Positions 8,998 through 22,648 are shown, counted from the stretch's first letter. The stretch: DNA of 64,000 bases from Candidatus Micrarchaeota archaeon (GCA_016188965.1 JACPGT010000005.1:65989-129988), one strand, 5' to 3'. Numbers and translations: made by a program. Notes: generated by a model from the letters alone, not told the origin.

Positions 8998-9004
8998 TAA
9001 CTGA

Positions 9005-9265
9005 ATGAAAATCTTGGAAGAAGAAAAGAACAACCTGAAAATCCTCATGGAAGGCATGGATATCGGCGCCGCCCAGGCCCTGGCCGAACAACTGCTGGAG
9101 AACAAGGACATCACCTTCGCCGCCGCCATCTACGACCACCCCACCAAGCGCAACCCCGTTTTGCACGTGAAAGGCAAGAACCCCAAGAAGGAAGTGCTCA
9201 AGGCGTTGGAAGCGCTGCAGGAGGAGTCGCATGCATTCGAGGAAGCCCTCCGCAAAGCCGAGTGA
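9005..9265 (+). CDS. rpoL: DNA-directed RNA polymerase subunit L (Rpo11)
   Basis: MKILEEEKNNLKILMEGMD...ITFAAAIYDHP...HVKG aligns by eye with archaeal RpoL (EGEDHTLGN...VSFASY..PHP). Confidence 0.6.
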   Translation: MKILEEEKNNLKILMEGMDIGAAQALAEQLLENKDITFAAAIYDHPTKRNPVLHVKGKNPKKEVLKALEALQEESHAFEEALRKAE

Positions 9266-10175
9266 GCTTGCCCGAAAATACCTGCCGCCGGCCGCCCTCC
9301 TGCTATTCGTCGCACTCTTCGGCCTGACGCAGAACGCCTTCTTCGCCCTCGCGGCCATCATCAGCCTGGCGTACCTTCTGTACGCCGAATTCAAGCACAC
9401 CCAGGACTGGAAGGAACTGCTCACCAGTTTTGCCATCGCGTTGGGCGCCTGGATCGCCTTGAGCCTCCTTCTGAACACCACCTCGCCCATCAACATCATC
9501 ACGTCCTGCAGCATGCTGCCGGATTTCGAGCGCGGCGACTTGATTTTCCTGCAAGGCGCCGACTCCGTCACGCCCACGCTGTCGACGCCGTTGCGCCTGC
9601 AATCCGCCCAATACCTCCCCGCCGAAGTGACGGTCCAAGGTCAGACCGTCGCCCGCATCTATCAGCCCACCGCGGACGGACAAGCCGCATTCCAACCGCG
9701 GTTCTCCACGTGCGCCCGGCAGCCGCTGGACAAAAGCAAAACGGCCCAGGACCAAGTATGCCTCAAATCCATCGGCGTCCAAGGGACGGACGTTTCCATC
9801 CTCGCATCGCCGGACGTCGTGGTCTTCGACTCGAACACATCCGCCGGCCTCATCATCCACCGCGCCTTTTCCGTACTGAACGCCTCGGACGGACCCTTCC
9901 TTCTGACCAAAGGCGACAACAACAACTTCCTCGACCAGCAAAGCGGATTCCAACTGATTCCGTACCGCACCGCCGGACGCGTCCTGCTCAACCTGCCCCT
10001 GTTAGGCGCGCTGACGTTGCGCGACGGCTCCCTGCAATGGATTACCGAAAACGACATTCCCGTCAAAGGCAAAGTCTTACTCCGCATCCCCTACATCGGC
10101 TACATCAAGCTATTGCTTTTCCTGCAGATCCAAGCGCCGGCCGGATGCGACAGCGTGCTGGAGAAACCGGCGTAA
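9231..10175 (+). CDS. Signal peptidase I, archaeal Sec11-type
   Basis: TM helices are followed by the catalytic-Ser box TSCSMLPDFERGDLIFLQG and a KGDNNNFLD box. Overlaps the rpoL 3' end, and the exact start is uncertain. Confidence 0.75.
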   Translation: MHSRKPSAKPSELARKYLPPAALLLFVALFGLTQNAFFALAAIISLAYLLYAEFKHTQDWKELLTSFAIALGAWIALSLLLNTTSPINIITSCSMLPDFERGDLIFLQGADSVTPTLSTPLRLQSAQYLPAEVTVQGQTVARIYQPTADGQAAFQPRFSTCARQPLDKSKTAQDQVCLKSIGVQGTDVSILASPDVVVFDSNTSAGLIIHRAFSVLNASDGPFLLTKGDNNNFLDQQSGFQLIPYRTAGRVLLNLPLLGALTLRDGSLQWITENDIPVKGKVLLRIPYIGYIKLLLFLQIQAPAGCDSVLEKPA

Positions 10176-10197
10176 AGGACCGCGCCCCCAAAGCCGA

Positions 10198-10605
10198 CTA
10201 AAGAAGTTTCAATTCTTCCGCCAACGCGTGCGTGCTCCAGACGCGGATGCGCGGCTGCCTGAAGTGACGGTCGTGCGTCCAGATATCCGCACCCACGGAC
10301 AGAGCGCAGGCGATGTAGACCTGGTCCTTTTCGTCCGCAATCAGATGTTCGGACGGAGTACGATAGGGTTCCAGCTCTTCCAATTCGACGAATTTAATGC
10401 GTCGGAGGAAACGGCTGACCATTTGCTTCACGTCATCAGGGCTTTCACGGCTACGCTGGCATAATTCGGAAAAGTACTTGAAAAATTCATCCAACAGGAA
10501 GGAAGGCGCGTACAACTCCAAGTCCCGGTTGAACAATATCCGGCGGGTGAGTCCGTCACGCAAAAAAGCCGAGTACAGGACGTTGGCGTCAACGACGAGC
10601 TTCAC
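10198..10605 (-). CDS. vapC: PIN-domain toxin (VapC-like)
   Basis: VKLVVDANVLYSAFL with conserved acidic residues. I chose the GTG at 10605 because GGAGG lies 6 nt upstream. Overlaps the upstream antitoxin gene. Confidence 0.75.
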   Translation of the reverse strand: MKLVVDANVLYSAFLRDGLTRRILFNRDLELYAPSFLLDEFFKYFSELCQRSRESPDDVKQMVSRFLRRIKFVELEELEPYRTPSEHLIADEKDQVYIACALSVGADIWTHDRHFRQPRIRVWSTHALAEELKLL

Positions 10606-10831
10606 GTTTGGCCTCCTTCCATCGTTTCGCCATACCCGCGTCAACCTTGGCGGCCAATTCCTCGACATCCCTTTCCGTCAACTGGCTTTTCGACGCCAGA
10701 CGGTCGGTCGTCTCAAGGTCATCCAATTGTTGCTGGATGATGGCGCGAACCTGGCTGGACCAACGGATTTCAGGATGCTTGTCCATCCGCCGCTTCAATT
10801 CAGGCGGCACGGACAACGTCAAACTTACCAT
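10589..10831 (-). CDS. Antitoxin-like small DNA-binding protein (VapB-type partner)
   Basis: An 80-aa ORF immediately upstream of and overlapping the PIN gene. The MVSLTLSVPPELKRRMDK N-terminus resembles a ribbon-helix-helix strand. Confidence 0.55.
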   Translation of the reverse strand: MVSLTLSVPPELKRRMDKHPEIRWSSQVRAIIQQQLDDLETTDRLASKSQLTERDVEELAAKVDAGMAKRWKEAKREARR

Positions 10832-10967
10832 ACACGTTCACCAACGTAATAATTACGTTTAAATTTTAAAAGCATGCCGGTTTGGAGATCGTAAACCCAG
10901 ATTGTCCGAAAATCCCTCGACTTCCACAATTAGGTTAATAATGTTTTAGTCACAATACCAAACCCCT

Positions 10968-11714
10968 ATGCACTTCGCGGTCAAGGATGCCAAGTTCTTC
11001 AAGTCGTGCGTCGACGCCATCGCCAATTTGGTTGACGAAGGCGCATTCGAGGCGACCAAGGACGGCCTCCATTTGCGCACCATGGACCCCTCGCAGATCG
11101 CCATGGTGGACTTCAAACTGCCGGTTTCGGCGTTGCAGAAGATGGACGTGGACGGAAAAGCATCCGTCAGCGTCAACCTGGCCGATTTTTCCAAGGTCTT
11201 GGCCCGAACGCGCTCGGACGAGAGCCTGGAAGTGATGCTGGACGAAAAGGAATCCAAACTCCACCTGACTTTTTCTGGCGACTCAAAACGAGTCTTCAAG
11301 ATGCCGCTTTTGGAATCCGCCGCGGCCATGCCGAAAGAACCCAACGTGCCTTTCAACGCCACCGTCAAAATGAAAGGCGGAGCGCTCAAAGCCATGCTGC
11401 AGGACGCCGGCCTGCTGTCGTCGCACGTCGTGTTCAGCATCGACGAGTCCGGAATGACGCTGGAGGCCAAAGGCGATTCAGGTGACCTGCGCTCGGAAAC
11501 CACGAAGGATTCCGGAATCCTGGCCGCCATCACCGCCAAAGGCAATAGCCGCGCCATGTTCCCCTATGAATACCTCAACGACATCGCCAAGGCCTGCCCC
11601 GATGACGCCGCGTTGGAGCTGAACCTCAAGTCGGACGCGCCGGTCAAGATTGCGTACCAAATCGGCGACGCCCAACTGACCTATTATTTGGCCCCCCGCG
11701 TCGAAAATGAGTAA
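10968..11714 (+). CDS. pcn: DNA polymerase sliding clamp PCNA
   Basis: MHFAVKDAKFFKSCVDAIANLVDEGAFEATKDGLHLRTMDPSQIAMVDFKL is the typical archaeal PCNA N-terminus, and the 248-aa length fits. Confidence 0.9.
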   Translation: MHFAVKDAKFFKSCVDAIANLVDEGAFEATKDGLHLRTMDPSQIAMVDFKLPVSALQKMDVDGKASVSVNLADFSKVLARTRSDESLEVMLDEKESKLHLTFSGDSKRVFKMPLLESAAAMPKEPNVPFNATVKMKGGALKAMLQDAGLLSSHVVFSIDESGMTLEAKGDSGDLRSETTKDSGILAAITAKGNSRAMFPYEYLNDIAKACPDDAALELNLKSDAPVKIAYQIGDAQLTYYLAPRVENE

Positions 11715-11765
11715 GCGTCACAGGCAAGGCAAACAGCCAAAAACTCATCGCTCCTAGCGGATAGC

Positions 11766-12473
11766 ATGAAAATTCTCCCGTTCGTCATGCCGGGATTCCC
11801 CTCTATCGGGGACTCGCGTGACGTCTTCCGCTTCCTCCAGACGCAGCCAGACGTCATCATCGAAACGGCCTTGCCAACGCTGGCGCCGACAGGTTCGGCC
11901 CTGGTGCAGAAAGTTCGCAAAATCGTCAACCGCGCAGGCATCAAACCGGACGACGTGATGGCCACCTTCCGCAAGGATCGCAAAACCCAGAAAGCCATGC
12001 TCATGCTGCACGCAGAGCCAGAAGGCCACGATTTGAGCCAAATCCGCACCGCTTTTGACTACGCCATCGCGCCGTTTGACGCGCCGGCCATCGCCAGGCT
12101 CAACACCCTCGCCGGGTCCAAGACGGACGCCCCGTTCACGCAGTTCGGCGGCCAAGTCGCACCCGACGACGAACAGATGGAGGCCAAGGTCAAGGCCAGC
12201 GAAGGATTCATCTACCTCACCGTCGCACCCCAGCGCGAAGGCGACTTGTTTTCGGAGGAAAAAATCAAGACCGCCATTGAAAAAATCAAGACCGTCAAGG
12301 ACATCGAAGTCTTCTGCGGATTCGGCGTCAAGACTTCTGACGACGTCCGCATGCTCAAAAGCGCCGGCGCCGACGGCGTGTTCCTGGGAGCCGAAGCGTT
12401 GCACGCCCAAGAAAAAGGACTCACAACGTTCAAGCCATTCTGGCAAACCATGCAGGCGGCGGCCGAAGGATAG
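11766..12473 (+). CDS. Divergent tryptophan synthase alpha-like TIM-barrel protein
   Basis: ILPFVMPGFPS, IIETALPT, GFIYLTV and VFCGFGVKTSDDV...GADGVFLGAEAL parallel TrpA blocks. The catalytic SDP-ADG block is not conserved and there is no trpB nearby. Confidence 0.45.
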   Translation: MKILPFVMPGFPSIGDSRDVFRFLQTQPDVIIETALPTLAPTGSALVQKVRKIVNRAGIKPDDVMATFRKDRKTQKAMLMLHAEPEGHDLSQIRTAFDYAIAPFDAPAIARLNTLAGSKTDAPFTQFGGQVAPDDEQMEAKVKASEGFIYLTVAPQREGDLFSEEKIKTAIEKIKTVKDIEVFCGFGVKTSDDVRMLKSAGADGVFLGAEALHAQEKGLTTFKPFWQTMQAAAEG

Positions 12474-12500
12474 AAAAGCCCGAAAGGAGTCAACCAATCG

Positions 12501-13868
12501 ATGAAGATCCAATCCGTCAACCCCTACACCAACGCGGTCAACGCCGAAATCGACGCGCAGACGTCCGCGCAGGCCCTCGATACCTGCACGTCGTCGCACC
12601 GCGCGTTTGCCGAGTGGAGGAAAACCGACATCCACCAGCGCGGCGAACACCTCACGCGCCTGGCCGCCGTCCTCCGCAAGAACAAAGACGAATACGCCCG
12701 CCTCATCGCTATCGAAATGGGAAAGCCAATCACCCAAGCGCGGAGCGAAGTCGAGAAATGCGCCTGGACAGCAGAAGTATACGCGCAGAGCGCGCCGACA
12801 TGGCTCGAAGATGAATCGGTCGAAGCCGACGGACTCAAACATTACGTCCGCTACGAACCGCTCGGTCCCGTCCTGGGCGTCATGCCGTGGAATTTTCCGT
12901 TCTGGCAGGCCATCCGCTATGCCGTTCCCGCCCTCGCTGCGGGCAACACGACGGTATTGCGCCACTCCAACACCGTGCCCTTGTGCGCCCAGGCCATCGG
13001 ACGCGCGTTCGACGAAGCCGGCTTTCCCAAAGGCGCCTTCGGAGTCATCCTTACGGACCATGACGCCGTTGCCGAACTCATCGCAAGCCCCGCCATCGCC
13101 GCCGTTTCGTTCACCGGCAGTGAAAGCGCGGGTAAACACGTCGCCAAGCTTGCCGCAGGCGCGTTGAAGAAGTGCGTGCTGGAATTGGGCGGTTCGGACG
13201 CCTTCATCGTGCTGGACGACGCCGACGTCGACAAGGCCGCCAAAAACGCCGCGCAGGCACGCACCATCAATTCGGGCCAAAGCTGCATGTGCGCCAAGCG
13301 GTTCATCGTGTCGGAAAAGATCATGCCGGACTTCGCCGAAAAATTCACCAACGTCATGCAGTCATTGATCGTAGGCGACCCGCTGGACGACCAGACGCAA
13401 ATCGGACCGCTTTGCAACGCCAAACAGCGCGACGAAGTCGAAAGCCAGACGCAGGATGCCAACGCCAAAGGTGCGCGGGTGCTCTGCGGCGGCAAACGCA
13501 AGGAACCCGGATTCTTTTACGAACCCACCGTCCTATCGGGCGCCACCGGCGCCATGCGCGTCTGGACCGAGGAAGTCTTCGGACCCGTCGCGCCGCTGTT
13601 CGCCGCCCACTACCTGGAACAGGCCGTCCAAGTGGCCAATAACAGCGAGTACGGCCTGGATGCGTCGGTGTGGACGGATTCCATCGCAACGGGAGAAGCC
13701 GTCGCCCGCCAATTGGAATGCGGCGTGGTCTTCATCAATGGTACCGTCAAGTCCGACCCGCGCATGCCCTGCGGCGGCATCAAGAAATCCGGGATCGGCC
13801 GCGAGTTGGGCAAGTGGGGCCTGCGCGAGTTCTGTAACGTCAAGAGCATCAACGCGTACAACCCGTGA
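12501..13868 (+). CDS. NAD(P)-dependent aldehyde dehydrogenase (succinate-semialdehyde dehydrogenase-like)
   Basis: ELGGSDAFIV (catalytic Glu), NSGQSCMCAKRF (catalytic Cys) and FTGSESAG motifs. Confidence 0.85.
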   Translation: MKIQSVNPYTNAVNAEIDAQTSAQALDTCTSSHRAFAEWRKTDIHQRGEHLTRLAAVLRKNKDEYARLIAIEMGKPITQARSEVEKCAWTAEVYAQSAPTWLEDESVEADGLKHYVRYEPLGPVLGVMPWNFPFWQAIRYAVPALAAGNTTVLRHSNTVPLCAQAIGRAFDEAGFPKGAFGVILTDHDAVAELIASPAIAAVSFTGSESAGKHVAKLAAGALKKCVLELGGSDAFIVLDDADVDKAAKNAAQARTINSGQSCMCAKRFIVSEKIMPDFAEKFTNVMQSLIVGDPLDDQTQIGPLCNAKQRDEVESQTQDANAKGARVLCGGKRKEPGFFYEPTVLSGATGAMRVWTEEVFGPVAPLFAAHYLEQAVQVANNSEYGLDASVWTDSIATGEAVARQLECGVVFINGTVKSDPRMPCGGIKKSGIGRELGKWGLREFCNVKSINAYNP

Positions 13869-14227
13869 CGAAAGCCAAGCGGATAAAGACCATGCGTAAA
13901 GAAGAACCGGAACCATTCCACGCCCAGACGCGGGCATTGGCAGGGTTGGTGGAAACGCACCTGGCGCGAAGATACCGGGAAAACATGACGTGGGCGCAGT
14001 TGCACGCCCAACTAGCCAGACACGAAAACGCCCAATTAAAGCAACGGTACGGCGATTTTCTTGAAACGGTAAAACACGCCGATCGGACGCGGTTCAAAGA
14101 CAGGACCGATCCATACCATTACCAGAAAAACGCCCTCGCCTACCTGTTGGGAATGAAGGAATCGTCGTTTGAAATCGACAACCAGGGCAAAGTCTGCCGC
14201 AAAACCATACGCGCCGCCAAGAAATGA
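13865..14227 (+). CDS. Hypothetical basic protein
   Basis: GTGA overlap with the aldehyde dehydrogenase stop suggests translational coupling. No family recognised. Confidence 0.35.
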   Translation: MTKAKRIKTMRKEEPEPFHAQTRALAGLVETHLARRYRENMTWAQLHAQLARHENAQLKQRYGDFLETVKHADRTRFKDRTDPYHYQKNALAYLLGMKESSFEIDNQGKVCRKTIRAAKK

Positions 14228-14438
14228 CTCGGCGAAAAAAGGCCCGCGGGTTGCATTCCACACACCGAAAAAATCGAAGAAGAACAAGCGGACAGAAACG
14301 GAAAAAGAAAAAGGACCCGAAAAACAGCCGAGCAGTACACGGCACAGACCATCCGGTACGTCGCTCGCCCGTTTTTTCTAACCGTCGTCCGCACATGCCG
14401 CCGTCACCTTTTTCAACCGCCTCCGCATAGACTCATTC

Positions 14439-15842
14439 ATGCGCACCGAATCCGACTTCTTAGGTCCCGTGCAGGTGCCCGACAACGCCTATTACGGTGG
14501 ATTCACCGTCCGAGCGGCCAAGAACTTCCAACTCTCACCCAACCGCGCGCCGCCGCACCTGATTCACGCCATCCTGCTGATCAAGAAAGCCTCCGCCTTG
14601 GCCAACCGCGAACAGGGCCTGCTGGACTCCATGAAAGCCGACGCCATCCTCACGGCCGCCGACGAAGCGCTTTCCGGAAAATTCGACGACCAGTTCATCC
14701 TCGACGCGTTCCAGGCCGGCGCCGGCACGCCGTACAACATGAACGCCAACGAAGTGCTGGCCAACCGTGCGACCGAGCTGTTGGGCGGACGCAAAGGCCA
14801 ATACCTCGTGCATCCGAACAACCACGTCAACATGAGCCAGTCCTCCAACGACGTCATCCCCACCGCCGTGCGCTTGGCCTGCCTGCTGGGCCTGCCCGCT
14901 CTTGAAAAAAACCTCGAAAATCTCGAAACCGCATTATCCAAGAAAGCCAAATCGTTCGACAAACTGGTCAAGCCGGCCCGCACCCACCTGCAAGACGCCG
15001 TACCCATTACGCTGGGCCAAGAATTCCAGTCCTATGCCTCGGCCCTACGCCGCAGCCAAAAACACCTCCATGCCGCAGCCGATGCACTCAAGGAAATCCA
15101 CCTGGGCGGTACCGCGGCCGGAACCGGCATCAACACCACGCCAGACTACCGCGCCATCGTCGCCAAACACCTCGCCAAAGTCTCCGGCATGGCCTTGCGG
15201 CCCACGGAAGACGCCGTCGAACTCACCCAGAACCACAACGACTTCCTCCATTTCAGCCAAAGCCTCTCCTTGATCGCCACGGACATCTGCCGCATCAGCG
15301 TCAACCTCAAGCTGCTCTCATCAGGACCCAAGACGGGCCTTGGCGAAATCATGCTACCGGACGTCGAGCCCGGATCCTCCATCATGCCCGGCAAAGTCAA
15401 CCCATCCATTCCCGAAGCTGCCGAAATGGCCAGCATGCACGTATTGGGCGCCATGCATGCCGTCGAGCTATCCTGCATCAACACCCAATTGGACCTCAAC
15501 ACCAACACGCCGCTAATCGCGCACGAACTGCTCACATCCATGGACGTGTTGTCCAACGCGCTGGCCATGCTCACGCGCGACTGCGTGTCCAGCATCCGCG
15601 CCAACCCCAAACAACTGCAGAAATACGTCGACGACAGCACCATCGTAGCCACGGCGTTGAACCCCATCCTGGGCTACAGCCAAGTCAGCAAATTGGTCCA
15701 GGAATCCGTCAAATCAGGCAAACCCATCCGCCAACTGGTGCTGGAACGCAGGCTCCTGCCGCCAAAAGAACTGGACCGCGTGCTGGACCCGGCTTCGCTG
15801 ACGCGACCCAACATCAAGGCCAAGAAAACCGGAAAGAAGTAG
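14439..15842 (+). CDS. Class II lyase, aspartate ammonia-lyase / fumarate hydratase family
   Basis: The signature GSSIMPGKVNP. The N-terminus ESDFLGPVQVPDNAYYGGFTVRAAKNF looks more aspartase-like. Confidence 0.85.
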   Translation: MRTESDFLGPVQVPDNAYYGGFTVRAAKNFQLSPNRAPPHLIHAILLIKKASALANREQGLLDSMKADAILTAADEALSGKFDDQFILDAFQAGAGTPYNMNANEVLANRATELLGGRKGQYLVHPNNHVNMSQSSNDVIPTAVRLACLLGLPALEKNLENLETALSKKAKSFDKLVKPARTHLQDAVPITLGQEFQSYASALRRSQKHLHAAADALKEIHLGGTAAGTGINTTPDYRAIVAKHLAKVSGMALRPTEDAVELTQNHNDFLHFSQSLSLIATDICRISVNLKLLSSGPKTGLGEIMLPDVEPGSSIMPGKVNPSIPEAAEMASMHVLGAMHAVELSCINTQLDLNTNTPLIAHELLTSMDVLSNALAMLTRDCVSSIRANPKQLQKYVDDSTIVATALNPILGYSQVSKLVQESVKSGKPIRQLVLERRLLPPKELDRVLDPASLTRPNIKAKKTGKK

Positions 15843-16214
15843 AACCGCACGCTTGAATCCATGCTCATGGCGACGCAACGCCAAACCAGAACCCCCCGCG
15901 TCCTCATCAGCCCCCTGGCCGTTGATGAACCCCAAACCCCGCCAACCAGTGAAACAACGCAGAACCGGTTGGAAAAAGCCGGCTCCGCCGCCATCCTGGC
16001 CATCTTTTTGATCAGCATCCTCTTGCTGCTGCTCAGCCGCCTCGGCGTCCGCGTTTGAATGCCAAAAAGGAGACCAAACACAATAGCGGAACTTGGCGAT
16101 GTGGGTGGAAGCCCCATCGCTTTCGCGCTTACCGGCCAAACCGTCCGCGGTTTATTATAATACCTTGGACATACAACTACGCACCCCCTACAAGGGGCAA
16201 GGAAGGCAGATTCC

Positions 16215-18149
16215 GTGTACCAGTTAGAAGCACCTTTTTCGCCCACCGGCGACCAGCCGGCGGCCATTGAAAAACTCATCCGCAACGTCCAGGCCGGGCC
16301 CTGCCGGCAGACCCTGCTGGGTGCCACCGGAACGGGAAAGACCTACACGGTTTCCAACGTCATCGCCCAAACGGGACGGCCTGCGCTAATCGTCTCGCAC
16401 AACAAAACGCTGGCCGCGCAGCTGTACAACGAGTTCAAAGAGTTCTTCCCGCACAACAACGTCGGCTACTTCGTCTCGTACTTCGACTACTACCAACCGG
16501 AAAGCTACCTGCCGGCGCAGGACTTGTACATCGAAAAAGACACCAAGCGCAACGAGACCATCGAACAGATGCGACTGGAATCCACCGCCCACCTACGGTC
16601 TGACCGCCACGCCGTCATCATCGCCACCGTCTCATGCATCTACGGCCTCGGCTCGCCGGCGGACTTTGAAGGCCTCTCGCTGCGGCTTCACGCCGGCCAA
16701 GAACTCAACCGCCAACAATTGCTCCGCCAACTCATTGCCAGCCAGTACCAACGCACCGATGAGCCCCGCAAAGGCGCCTTCCGGGTAAAAGGTGACACCG
16801 TCGACGTGTTTCCCGGATACGGCGAGAACGCCTACCGCCTCCGGTTATACGGCAACGCGTTGGAAAAAATCACGCTGGTGCACGGCGTCAGCGGCCAGAA
16901 GATCCGCGACCTGCAAAACGCCGTGCTGTTTCCCGCCAAACACTTCGTCACGCCTCCTGAAAAGACGGCCCGCGCGCTTGAAACCATCCGGGCCGAATTG
17001 GACGCCCGCCTGCCTGAACTGGGCGACTTGGAACGCCACCGCTTGCAACAGCGCACCGAATACGATTTGGAACAGATCAAGGAACTCGGCTATTGTAGCG
17101 GTATCGAGAACTACTCCCGCCACTTCGACGGCCGCCTGCCCGGCACTCCGCCGTCCTGCCTCATGGACTTCTTCCCAAAAGACTTCCTCCTGATCATCGA
17201 CGAATCCCACGTCACGCTGCCGCAGTTGCATGCCATGTACAAAGGCGATTTTGCGCGCAAGAAGAACCTCATCGACTACGGATTCCGCCTCCCTTCCGCT
17301 TTCGACAACCGTCCCTTGAAGTTTGAAGAATTCGAAAAATACATGGACAACACCGTCTTCGTCTCGGCCACGCCCGGCGTCTGGGAGCGCCAACAAGGCC
17401 CCATCGTCGAGCAATTCATCCGGCCCACCGGCATCGTCGATCCGCAGATTACCGTCCTGCCGGCGAAAGATCAAATCCAAGACGTGCAGAAGCACATCGC
17501 GCAAACCACCAAAGCCGGACACCGCAGCCTCATCACCGTGTTGACCAAGCGCTTCGCCGAAGACCTCACCGAATACCTCGACGGAAAAGGCGTCAAGGTC
17601 CGCTACCTGCATTCGGAAGTGGAGAACCTGGAGCGAACCGAAATCCTCCGCCAACTCCGCCTCGGTGAATTCGACTGCCTCGTGGGCATCAATTTGCTGC
17701 GGGAGGGACTTGACCTGCCCGAAGTCGCGTTGGTGGCCATCCTGGACGCGGACAAGGAAGGCTTTTTGCGGGCCGAACGCTCGCTCATCCAGACCATCGG
17801 CCGCGCATGCCGGAACACCGAAAGCCAAGTCATCATGTACGCCGACCGCATGACCGACTCGATGAAGAACGCCATCGACGAGACGAACCGCCGCCGGTTA
17901 CGCCAAATGGCCTATAATGCCGCCCACCACATCACGCCGAAGACCATCCAGAAGAAAATCGCGCAAGGCGCCGCCGAACTGCAGGACATCGCCACCATTC
18001 CAAAGAAGCAACTTCGTGAAAAAATCGTCAACACGGAGGCCGAGATGCACAAGGCGGCCGAACAGCTGGACTTCGAAAAAGCCATTTCCTTGCGCAACCA
18101 ACTGCGCGCATTGCAGAAACAACACGCGCAAAAGAAACGCGAAAAATAA
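16215..18149 (+). CDS. uvrB: Excinuclease ABC subunit B
   Basis: GTG start. [26 protein letters not shown] box and a C-terminal UVR motif. Confidence 0.95.
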   Translation: MYQLEAPFSPTGDQPAAIEKLIRNVQAGPCRQTLLGATGTGKTYTVSNVIAQTGRPALIVSHNKTLAAQLYNEFKEFFPHNNVGYFVSYFDYYQPESYLPAQDLYIEKDTKRNETIEQMRLESTAHLRSDRHAVIIATVSCIYGLGSPADFEGLSLRLHAGQELNRQQLLRQLIASQYQRTDEPRKGAFRVKGDTVDVFPGYGENAYRLRLYGNALEKITLVHGVSGQKIRDLQNAVLFPAKHFVTPPEKTARALETIRAELDARLPELGDLERHRLQQRTEYDLEQIKELGYCSGIENYSRHFDGRLPGTPPSCLMDFFPKDFLLIIDESHVTLPQLHAMYKGDFARKKNLIDYGFRLPSAFDNRPLKFEEFEKYMDNTVFVSATPGVWERQQGPIVEQFIRPTGIVDPQITVLPAKDQIQDVQKHIAQTTKAGHRSLITVLTKRFAEDLTEYLDGKGVKVRYLHSEVENLERTEILRQLRLGEFDCLVGINLLREGLDLPEVALVAILDADKEGFLRAERSLIQTIGRACRNTESQVIMYADRMTDSMKNAIDETNRRRLRQMAYNAAHHITPKTIQKKIAQGAAELQDIATIPKKQLREKIVNTEAEMHKAAEQLDFEKAISLRNQLRALQKQHAQKKREK

Positions 18150-18236
18150 AACCAAGAAAACAAAGCGAAAAAAGAAATCCGAAGCCGAAACAGCAAAGGA
18201 AAACGGAAAAAAAGCAACGAATAAAGAGGAACGGAA

Positions 18237-21080
<2,844 letters not shown>

Positions 21081-21094
21081 AAACAACGGACGAA

Positions 21095-22648
21095 ATGGAA
21101 AAACCGAAACCCCTACCTCACGCGCCCGGCGTCTACCAGTTCGCCAAAGCCGACGGCACCGTGCTGTACGTCGGAAAAGCCAAGAACCTCGCTTCCCGTG
21201 TCGGCTCCTACTTCTCGCAAGACGCGCCGGAAAAGGCCCGCCGCCTCGTCAGCGAAGCCGAGCGCTTGGAAACTACGCTGACGCACAGCGAAACCGAAGC
21301 CTTGCTTCTGGAACAGGCACTCATCCAACAACACTTACCCGAATACAACGTCATGCTCAAGGACGGCGTGCGCTACGCCTACCTCCTGCTGCAGAAAAAA
21401 CCGTTCCGTTTTCGGACCATCCGCCGACAACCCGGACAAAGCGTGCCGAAAGGCAAGCTCTACGGCCCGTTTGCCAAAGGCTCGCACCGCTGGGAACTCA
21501 TCCGCCTCCTAAGCGCCCTGTTTTTCGAAAAGACCGGCCGGCCCTTCGGAACCTCGGCGGGAGACGAAGCCTACGAGCTGATCGAATCCGTGCTGGACGG
21601 CAAAAACGACATCCGGACCGAACTTCAAAAACGCATGGCCGACGCCTCCAAAATACAGGATTACGAAAAAGCCCTCCGGTACAAAAAACGACTCGACGCC
21701 TTGGAGGCCATGGACGAACACCAGGCCATCGAACAGAAGACGTCCGCGCACCAGGACGTGATCGGTTACGCCCAGGACGGCGACCGTCTGGCCGTCCAAG
21801 TGTTCCGCGTGCGCTTCGGCGTGTTGCGCGAACAGGAAAAATACGCCTACGAGACCATCGCCGAAAACCCCCGGACCGAATTCATCACCTGCTACTACGC
21901 CACGCACGAGCCGCCCACGCAAATCATCATCCGGCCGGAAACCCTTCCCGCCGTCCGCACGCTATTTCCCGACGCGTCGGCCAAGTCGCCCAAAAACGGC
22001 ACCGCGGCCGAACTTCTGGAATTGGCCGAAAAAAACGCGCAACGCCTGCTGGCATCCAACGTCCCGGACGACGTCATCCAACTGCAACAAGCGTTGCACC
22101 TACGCAAGCAGCCGAGGCGCATCGAAGGCTTCGACATCTCGACGCTGCAAGGCAATCAAACCGTCGGCGCCATGGTCTCGTTTTACGACGGAAAAGCCGA
22201 CAAAGACAACTACCGCTACTTCAACATCCACACGCCGGCAGCGGAGGGGCTGCCGAAAACCACGGATGTACCCGAGCGCAACAAACCCCGCGACAACGCC
22301 ACGTACGGTCCCCGGCCGGACGACTTTGCCGCCATGCGCGAAGCCGTGTACCGCCGCTACGACCGCCTCGTACGCGACAAGCAGCCAATGCCGGACCTCG
22401 TGCTCATCGACGGAGGAAAAGGCCAACTCTCCGCGGCATTGGATGCCTTTGAGCAAGCCGGCGTGCGCATCCCCGTCTGCGCGCTTGCAAAGGAGTTCGA
22501 AGAAATATACCTGCCGGAGCGCAGCATACCCATCCGCTTGGCCCGCAACCACGCCGGCCTCAAGCTGCTGCAGCGCGTGCGCGACGAAGTCCACCGTTTT
22601 GTCATCGGTTTCCACCGAAGAAAACGCGGTAAAATGCCAACAGAATGA
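21095..22648 (+). CDS. uvrC: Excinuclease ABC subunit C
   Basis: GIY-YIG motif PGVYQFAKADGTVLYVGKAKNLASRV, starting at the internal ATG 21095. The ORF-track extension back to 20507 overlaps uvrA and is discarded. Confidence 0.9.
   Translation: MEKPKPLPHAPGVYQFAKADGTVLYVGKAKNLASRVGSYFSQDAPEKARRLVSEAERLETTLTHSETEALLLEQALIQQHLPEYNVMLKDGVRYAYLLLQKKPFRFRTIRRQPGQSVPKGKLYGPFAKGSHRWELIRLLSALFFEKTGRPFGTSAGDEAYELIESVLDGKNDIRTELQKRMADASKIQDYEKALRYKKRLDALEAMDEHQAIEQKTSAHQDVIGYAQDGDRLAVQVFRVRFGVLREQEKYAYETIAENPRTEFITCYYATHEPPTQIIIRPETLPAVRTLFPDASAKSPKNGTAAELLELAEKNAQRLLASNVPDDVIQLQQALHLRKQPRRIEGFDISTLQGNQTVGAMVSFYDGKADKDNYRYFNIHTPAAEGLPKTTDVPERNKPRDNATYGPRPDDFAAMREAVYRRYDRLVRDKQPMPDLVLIDGGKGQLSAALDAFEQAGVRIPVCALAKEFEEIYLPERSIPIRLARNHAGLKLLQRVRDEVHRFVIGFHRRKRGKMPTE

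Noticed and set aside
11754-13280. 508-aa ORF on the minus strand
   Set aside because: It lies antisense to two well-supported genes (the TrpA-like gene and the aldehyde dehydrogenase). Its composition is Arg/Gly/Ala/Val-rich, as expected for a spurious open frame in GC-rich DNA, and it has no motifs.
16845-17828. 327-aa minus-strand ORF
   Set aside because: It lies entirely inside uvrB on the opposite strand.
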